From positions 10,664 through 74,663 of the forward strand of contig JAEWOE010000001.1 of assembly GCA_023460995.1 (NCBI GenBank): a DNA stretch of 64,000 nt, read 5' to 3'. The notes under the pieces are model-generated. The model did not search any database, was not told the DNA's origin, and saw only the letters and a list, made by a program, of their open reading frames with translations. The translations under genes were made by a program, and so were the position numbers. The stretch's first letter is position 1, and the number at the start of each line of letters is the position of its first letter. This document shows, piece after piece, positions 58,611-64,000 of the stretch. The DNA is from Bacillota bacterium (GTDB lineage: Bacteria > Bacillota_I > Bacilli_A > RF39 > UBA660).

Positions 58611-60448
58611 GCTTCACCTTTTTTCTTTATCAAAAATCCCGCCTCATTTTCAAATAGTAAATCGTAATTATTTTTATCTATGTCATATTGATCTCCATTG
58701 AAATATAGTAGGCAGAAACTATTTGTATCTTTTTCCCAAATTAAATAATCAAATTTATTTTCATAAAATTGTGACAATTCGTACTGAGTATGATTATATA
58801 TAGGAACAATATCTGTCAATGAATAAAACCATAATTTTTTCATATAATCACCAGTCATTGGTATTTCAAAGTTTGAGATGCATTCCCCACTATTTTTTTT
58901 GGTTTCTTGTATCAGTTCAATTTGCGCTTTATTTAAAATAGGCTTCTCTTCTATTACTCTATTAAAGTTCCAAACATATATATTAGTAATACTATTGCTG
59001 ACAATAGTAGGTGAAAAATTTATGTTTATTGATTGTATTCTACTTTCAATTTTAAAGCCAGCAACTCCAATAACGAAGACTAACGATAAGAACCATGACC
59101 AAATATAAGTACTCTCTTCTTTTTTTGAATATCCTATAACTTTCGCTATAGAAAACCATGCCATAAGCCATAATACATAATACAATTTATAATAATAGTA
59201 AGACGAAGCTTTTCCCTTCATCCCCAAAATAAATATGAATACTGTAAATAGAACCAAAACTATCGTCATGATAAAATCAATACTTATTTTTTTATTCTTA
59301 ATTGTATTTATAAAATAATAAATTAATATTGGAAATAAAAGAATAAAATTGGAAAATAAATCCCTATATATATACCCTTCCATGGCTAAAGCTGAACTAC
59401 TGCTGACTTTACTACTGTCAAAAAATCCAGGTAATATAAAATAAATAAATCCAATTATAAATGGTATAACTAATGATACAATACAATAAATTATTGTATT
59501 CCAAAAACTATTTTTCTTATTTATCCAACAGTATAAAAAATATATTCCTATACTTAGATAAACAGCTGGCACGAATAAATAATAAGTAAAAAACAAGGAA
59601 TAATTAAGTAAAAAAAGAAGAAACATCATTATTTTATTTTGATTCATATTATCCTTATAATCGTTTAATAATACAAAAGATAGTAATATCAAATTAATTA
59701 TAAAAACACCAAAACCTAAATAGCTGAATCCAAAAATCATATTGTTAAGAGGATATCCAACCGTATAAAGTATTGTAATAAAAAATATCAAAGTATCCTT
59801 TTTTTTACCAATTTTAAGTTGAATAGCAGTTACATAAAATGTTAGAGAGTATAAAATTAAACATAATACATCAAAAATCATGTGAATCTTATATGCTGGA
59901 ATGAAATTAAAGACTCGCATTAACAAACCTTCATTTATATAGGTCCCACTCATAGAATGAGAGAAAGTTTTATACATCTCCGTTACTGAGTTTTGATCAT
60001 TTAGTAAAAAGTTAGATTTAGAAAATGTTTCAGCAATCTTATAATGAAGATTTGGATCAGTCGTCTCATAAACAACGTCAGAAAAGCCATTGAATCTAAC
60101 AATCCCTATCACTAGGCAGACTATTGATATTGCTATAAAAAAAACAATTTCATGCTTATTATAATAGTATTTTTGAATATTTTTTGCTATCTTCTCACTT
60201 TTTTTATAATTTAACCTATATATAGAAAAACTTAATAATAAATTAACTGCTGACAATGAGTAAAAATTGCTAGGTATATGAACAGTCGACAGCAAAAATA
60301 CAAGAAAAATATTAAAACATAAATAAAGATCTATCGTATAAATAAACCAAGTAACACCGTTTATTTTTTTACCTGTTTTATTTAAAAAGTATAAATTTGT
60401 CAATAATGCAAATATTGACAGAAGATATATTAGATTCATAATCAACAC
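58607..60448 (-). CDS. polytopic membrane protein (about 13 TM); GacL-like GT-C candidate
   Basis: 613 aa, highly hydrophobic. Translationally coupled to the GT2/DUF2304 pair. Confidence 0.4.
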   Translation of the reverse strand: MLIMNLIYLLSIFALLTNLYFLNKTGKKINGVTWFIYTIDLYLCFNIFLVFLLSTVHIPSNFYSLSAVNLLLSFSIYRLNYKKSEKIAKNIQKYYYNKHEIVFFIAISIVCLVIGIVRFNGFSDVVYETTDPNLHYKIAETFSKSNFLLNDQNSVTEMYKTFSHSMSGTYINEGLLMRVFNFIPAYKIHMIFDVLCLILYSLTFYVTAIQLKIGKKKDTLIFFITILYTVGYPLNNMIFGFSYLGFGVFIINLILLSFVLLNDYKDNMNQNKIMMFLLFLLNYSLFFTYYLFVPAVYLSIGIYFLYCWINKKNSFWNTIIYCIVSLVIPFIIGFIYFILPGFFDSSKVSSSSALAMEGYIYRDLFSNFILLFPILIYYFINTIKNKKISIDFIMTIVLVLFTVFIFILGMKGKASSYYYYKLYYVLWLMAWFSIAKVIGYSKKEESTYIWSWFLSLVFVIGVAGFKIESRIQSININFSPTIVSNSITNIYVWNFNRVIEEKPILNKAQIELIQETKKNSGECISNFEIPMTGDYMKKLWFYSLTDIVPIYNHTQYELSQFYENKFDYLIWEKDTNSFCLLYFNGDQYDIDKNNYDLLFENEAGFLIKKKGEA

Positions 60449-62251
60449 CTATTTTCTTTTAATAACTTTCTTTACTCTATTTAAAAAATTATTTATTCTA
60501 CCCTGATTTAAAATTTCTAGTAATTGTTGTTCTCTTTCCCAATCAACTATTTCATTATATTTATAAACATCTGCTGCTGTTATCTCTATCTTTGTTTTAG
60601 AATATTTGTTTCTTATTTCAGTTAAAGGTTCAAGTAAAAATTGATTGCGCTCTTTTTGCTCTTTTTTTTCAAAAGGAACTCTATAAACAGAGGTTGTTTT
60701 TTTTATAAATTTAAATGGATATTGTAGAGCACATCTAATCCAAAAATCCCAATCTTCAAGAGCATCCATTTTTTCATTAATATTGCCTACATTTTCATAA
60801 ACTTCCCTGTCAAACATAACAGACTGTATAGGTAAAAAGTTTCCAGTAAATATTCTTAAATAGCTAAATTCAAATGAATATCTGATTTTCTTATCTTTCA
60901 CTTCATAAATATATGGTTTCTTTGAATTGACATTAATGCTTGTTTCAAGAGCTGTAGAATAAACAACTTTTTCTTTGCAATGTTGAAGTTCACTAACCAA
61001 TACCTCAACATGATCATTATAAAATACGTCATCATCATCTAAAAAGTTAAAGTATTTTCCATTTGCCATAGATAAACCTATATTACCCACTACACATCTT
61101 CCAACTTTTTCAATAGTTGCTTTATATACGATATCCATGTCGCTAAACTCTTTTTCAATCATATTTTTAGAGACTTCTTTTCCATCCTCAACGACTATAG
61201 TTTCTATGTTAGGATATGTTTGTCTTCTAATGCTAATCAAAGTTTCTCTTAAAGTATCTGGTCTTCCACAAGTCCTAACAATAACACTTACTTTAGGATG
61301 AGAGACACACCCTTTTTTTACATAAAAAGCACCATCTTTTATTTTTTCATAATCATAAATCAAAAAAGTTGGTTCAAATTTATCAGAAACAAAGATGTAT
61401 TTAAATCTACTTAATATAGTAAAAAAACTCACAATATCTATCTTGAATTTAGCTTTTTTCAACTTCTTTTTAATTTTATCAACGCCCATTTTACTCACAT
61501 TTTCATTACGATGTAAAGTTAAATAACTTTTCAAAAACATTTTATGTCCAATAATAATTTGTTTAAGACTTCCATATTTATTTCTTAAATATAAATTATT
61601 TACAATTCCATATACATATTGATTGACCTTAAATGTGCTTTCATTCTCGTAAGAATAATGATTAATAGGAACATTTGGTAAATATTTAATCTTATATCCA
61701 AGCTTTCTAACGTGCCAACTTAATTCCACATCTTCACAATACATAAAAATATGTTTATCAAACCCTTTTACTTTTTTAAAAAGTTCTCTTTTTATAATAA
61801 AACATGCACCAGAGCTCCAAGAAACTTCACCAGTCATAGGATCATAATATTTAGGATGCTCATAGGGCTGTTGTTTTAACTCCCAAATACCGATTTTAGC
61901 ATCACTTGTTTCTGTGATTTCTTTCTCAATTTTAGAAAGAGTATCAGAGTGTATTTCAGTATCTATATTTAAGAAAAATATATATTTAGATTTACCAAAT
62001 TCACTAGCTTTATTATTTGCAATGCCAAAGCCATAATTTTTTTTTCCTTTAATAATTTGAAAATTATTAAATTCATTATCATATTTTTCTTTCTTTTTCT
62101 CTAAAATTTCTATTGTATTATCTGTTGAAGCATTATCAAAAAAATACAGATTAATTTTCTTTAAATCATAATTGCTAGATGCAATACTTTTAATATTATT
62201 ATCAATCCATTTTGAAGAATTATAAGTAACTAATACAATATCTATATTCAT
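60449..62251 (-). CDS. two-domain family 2 glycosyltransferase
   Basis: DIVLVTYNSSKWIDNNIKSI…YFFDNASTDNT and VSVIVRTCGRPDTLRETLISIRRQTY…VVEDGKE. Confidence 0.7.
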   Translation of the reverse strand: MNIDIVLVTYNSSKWIDNNIKSIASSNYDLKKINLYFFDNASTDNTIEILEKKKEKYDNEFNNFQIIKGKKNYGFGIANNKASEFGKSKYIFFLNIDTEIHSDTLSKIEKEITETSDAKIGIWELKQQPYEHPKYYDPMTGEVSWSSGACFIIKRELFKKVKGFDKHIFMYCEDVELSWHVRKLGYKIKYLPNVPINHYSYENESTFKVNQYVYGIVNNLYLRNKYGSLKQIIIGHKMFLKSYLTLHRNENVSKMGVDKIKKKLKKAKFKIDIVSFFTILSRFKYIFVSDKFEPTFLIYDYEKIKDGAFYVKKGCVSHPKVSVIVRTCGRPDTLRETLISIRRQTYPNIETIVVEDGKEVSKNMIEKEFSDMDIVYKATIEKVGRCVVGNIGLSMANGKYFNFLDDDDVFYNDHVEVLVSELQHCKEKVVYSTALETSINVNSKKPYIYEVKDKKIRYSFEFSYLRIFTGNFLPIQSVMFDREVYENVGNINEKMDALEDWDFWIRCALQYPFKFIKKTTSVYRVPFEKKEQKERNQFLLEPLTEIRNKYSKTKIEITAADVYKYNEIVDWEREQQLLEILNQGRINNFLNRVKKVIKRK

Positions 62252-62253
62252 AA

Positions 62254-63036
62254 TTATACCTCCTCTGCAAAGCCTTTTTGTAATTTATTAAAGATAACAT
62301 AACCAATTATCAACACTATTATACTTATTACCCCTACTACACCCAAACTTAGCATGCTTGGAGAAGTTTTAAAATAAAATACATCTCTATATGCATTAAT
62401 AATGCGCGCCATCGGATTTAAATATATTACCCATTTTATGTTAGTTGGAAAAATTGAAGTTGAATATAAAATGGGTGTTGCATAGAATAACATATTTACA
62501 AAAAACTGAATAATATTTTCTATATCTCTAAAATATAAATCTATCGCGCTTAAAATAAATACAATTCCTAAAAGTAAAATATATTGAATTAACATTATGA
62601 CTGGTAAATATATTAAGTTAAAACTAAAACCTATACCGCTAAACGCAACAAATCCTATTACAATAAGACAAGAAATGGCAAAATTAACAAGGGCACTAGT
62701 AACAGATGAAATAGGCAGTATTATTCTAGGAAAATATACCTTTTTTATTAAATTAGCATTTGTTAAAATTGAGACCATTCCTGAATTAATTGAAGCAGTA
62801 AAGAAAGTCCATGGAATGATGCCAGTTATTAGATAAATTAAATAATTGTCCATTTGCATGCGCATAATATATGGAAATATAATTGCATATATTAATACTT
62901 GCAAAAGTGGATTCAAAAAACTCCACAAAACTCCTAAAAACGATCCTTTATATTTACCTCTTATCTCTTTTTTTATATTTGATTTAAGAAGTTCTCTATA
63001 TTGAAATAATTCTTTAAATACTTTCATACTTTTCAC
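62254..63036 (-). CDS. ABC-2 type polysaccharide export permease (Wzm/TagG/RgpC-like)
   Basis: Six TM helices, 260 aa. Coupled to the downstream ATPase. Confidence 0.75.
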   Translation of the reverse strand: MKSMKVFKELFQYRELLKSNIKKEIRGKYKGSFLGVLWSFLNPLLQVLIYAIIFPYIMRMQMDNYLIYLITGIIPWTFFTASINSGMVSILTNANLIKKVYFPRIILPISSVTSALVNFAISCLIVIGFVAFSGIGFSFNLIYLPVIMLIQYILLLGIVFILSAIDLYFRDIENIIQFFVNMLFYATPILYSTSIFPTNIKWVIYLNPMARIINAYRDVFYFKTSPSMLSLGVVGVISIIVLIIGYVIFNKLQKGFAEEV

Positions 63037-63807
63037 CTACCCACAAATCTTCTTATACTCTGTAATGACATCTTTAGGATCTCCATCCATCTTAACTTCA
63101 CCTTTATATAGCCATACTGCTCTTGTACATAATTCTTTAACACTATTTAAATCATGAGTTACAATAACTATAGTTTTATCACTATTTTTTAATTCTTTAA
63201 GTTTATTAATGCATTTTTCTTGAAAATGTTGATCTCCTACTGCTAAAATTTCGTCAATAAGAAGTATATCTGCATCAACATTAATGGCTACAGAAAAAGC
63301 AAGACGCATATACATACCAGAAGAATATGTTCTAACTGGATTATCAATAAAACCCTCTAATTCAGAAAATTCAATAATCTTATCTAATCTATCATCTATT
63401 TGTTTTCTTGTAAGTCCGAAAATAGATGCATTAAAATAAATATTTTCCCTGCCAGAAAAATCAGGATGGAAACCAGCACCTAATTCTAATAAAGATGTTA
63501 GTTTTCCATTAGTAATAATTTTACCCTTATTTGGATAAATTATTTTTGTCATTAATTTAAGTAATGTAGACTTGCCACTACCATTAGTACCAATTAAAGC
63601 GACCGTTTCACCTTTTGAAATAGTTAAATCAATATTTTTTAACACTTCAAGAATGTCATTTTTGCTCCTTTTCCAAAAAAGTAGTTTCTCCTTTAAAGTA
63701 TTGGCTTTATCATAATACAATTTAAATTGTTTAGAAACATTTTTTACAATAATACTATTATTATTTTTCAAATTAAAAACCTCCATATTTTCAAATAATT
63801 TCTTCAT
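63037..63807 (-). CDS. polysaccharide-export ABC transporter ATP-binding protein (Wzt/TagH/RgpD-like, no C-terminal carbohydrate-binding domain)
   Basis: LIGTNGSGKSTLLKLM, YSSGMYMRLAFSVAI, ILLIDEILAVGD. Confidence 0.85.
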   Translation of the reverse strand: MKKLFENMEVFNLKNNNSIIVKNVSKQFKLYYDKANTLKEKLLFWKRSKNDILEVLKNIDLTISKGETVALIGTNGSGKSTLLKLMTKIIYPNKGKIITNGKLTSLLELGAGFHPDFSGRENIYFNASIFGLTRKQIDDRLDKIIEFSELEGFIDNPVRTYSSGMYMRLAFSVAINVDADILLIDEILAVGDQHFQEKCINKLKELKNSDKTIVIVTHDLNSVKELCTRAVWLYKGEVKMDGDPKDVITEYKKICG

Positions 63808-63857
63808 TAATTATACCATAATACTTCACTATAAGACAATAAATACGGTATTTTTGC

Positions 63858-63890
63858 AAAAAAAAGGAGCAATTTTATTGCTCTTTTTAT
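63858..63890 (-). terminator. rho-independent terminator after rmlB
   Basis: gagcaat-ttt-attgctc hairpin followed on the minus strand by T8. Confidence 0.5.
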
Positions 63891-63891
63891 A

Positions 63892-64000
63892 CTATTTTTG
63901 TTTAATTTTTACTTTTTGATATTCTCCACTTTTAATGTTATCAATCCATTCTTGATTGTTTACATACCAATCAATTGTTTCTTTAATACCATCTTCAAAT
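63892..64000 (-). CDS. rmlB: dTDP-glucose 4,6-dehydratase, C-terminal fragment (gene continues beyond the window)
   Basis: Minus-strand translation …FEDGIKETIDWYVNNQEWIDNIKSGEYQKVKIKQK* matches the conserved RmlB C-terminus (…TI.WYL.N..WW…SGEYQ.Y). Confidence 0.55.
   Translation of the reverse strand, partial: FEDGIKETIDWYVNNQEWIDNIKSGEYQKVKIKQK

Noticed and set aside
2176-62836. Numerous 60-110-codon ORFs on the strand opposite long conserved genes (e.g. 2176..2379, 6905..7183, 7355..7537, 10910..11116, 18257..18484, 21415..21612, 26691..26957, 27643..27930, 28310..28528, 28810..28995, 32534..32728, 33263..33475, 35204..35437, 35834..36049, 37182..37448, 37756..38013, 38866..39081, 41097..41426, 41885..42076, 44789..45043, 45068..45316, 47372..47554, 49840..50088, 51049..51231, 54721..54912, 56296..56541, 58498..58701, 58878..59108, 62597..62836)
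   Set aside because: They lie entirely within well-supported genes on the other strand, have low-complexity Leu/Ile/Phe-rich translations and no RBS. They are shadow ORFs of the kind expected in AT-rich DNA.
1-64000. Alternative genetic code (UGA=Trp, Mollicutes-like) given the extreme AT richness
   Set aside because: Long conserved proteins (Fhs 539 aa, RarA, MalQ, HK, two-domain GTs) translate full-length with the standard code. Trp positions use TGG. The one in-frame stop noted is TAG, not TGA.
1-64000. CRISPR arrays, IS elements/transposases, prophage integrase, rRNA
   Set aside because: No regularly spaced direct repeats. No DDE or serine-recombinase-like ORFs apart from housekeeping XerD. 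No rRNA-like conserved stretches seen.

Overview
The window is a 64-kb chromosomal segment from a very AT-rich, low-GC Firmicute (Bacillota), probably an anaerobe. It uses the standard genetic code: TGG encodes Trp and long conserved ORFs are intact, so there is no UGA-Trp recoding.

Housekeeping genes that I recognise by sequence are xerD, deoB, a CarD-family regulator, a COG2509 FAD oxidoreductase, rarA, malQ, holA, a ZIP zinc transporter, a DHH phosphoesterase, dagK, fhs, def, rubrerythrin with a PerR-like Fur regulator, and two tRNAs.

Among them sit accessory-looking modules:
- Bases 1-3900 hold a translationally coupled operon of a MacB/FtsX-type ABC exporter, a kinase-less multi-PASTA membrane protein, and a sigma-70/ECF-like factor with a fused C-terminal two-helix membrane anchor. 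A paralogous ABC exporter at 20.3-25 kb is instead linked to a classical OmpR/histidine-kinase pair.
- Four unknown genes at 31.9-36 kb lie next to a tRNA-Glu, and two more orphan genes lie at 28.1-30 kb.
- Leucine-rich-repeat genes are tandemly duplicated at 38.8-42.4 kb. The second copy is split by a 1-nt change in a poly-T tract (8 in copy 1, 7 in copy 2).
- A large cell-wall polysaccharide locus (43.8-64 kb) of the rhamnan/ABC-transporter-dependent type has GacI/J/K/L-like and GtrB-like side-chain glycosylation genes. It ends in a partial rmlB at the window edge and contains an unexplained roughly 660-bp GC-rich non-coding island at 46.35-47.0 kb.

Several genes are interrupted at simple-sequence tracts or by a single in-frame stop. 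These could be pseudogenes, phase variation or homopolymer sequencing errors. I found no CRISPR array, transposase or rRNA.
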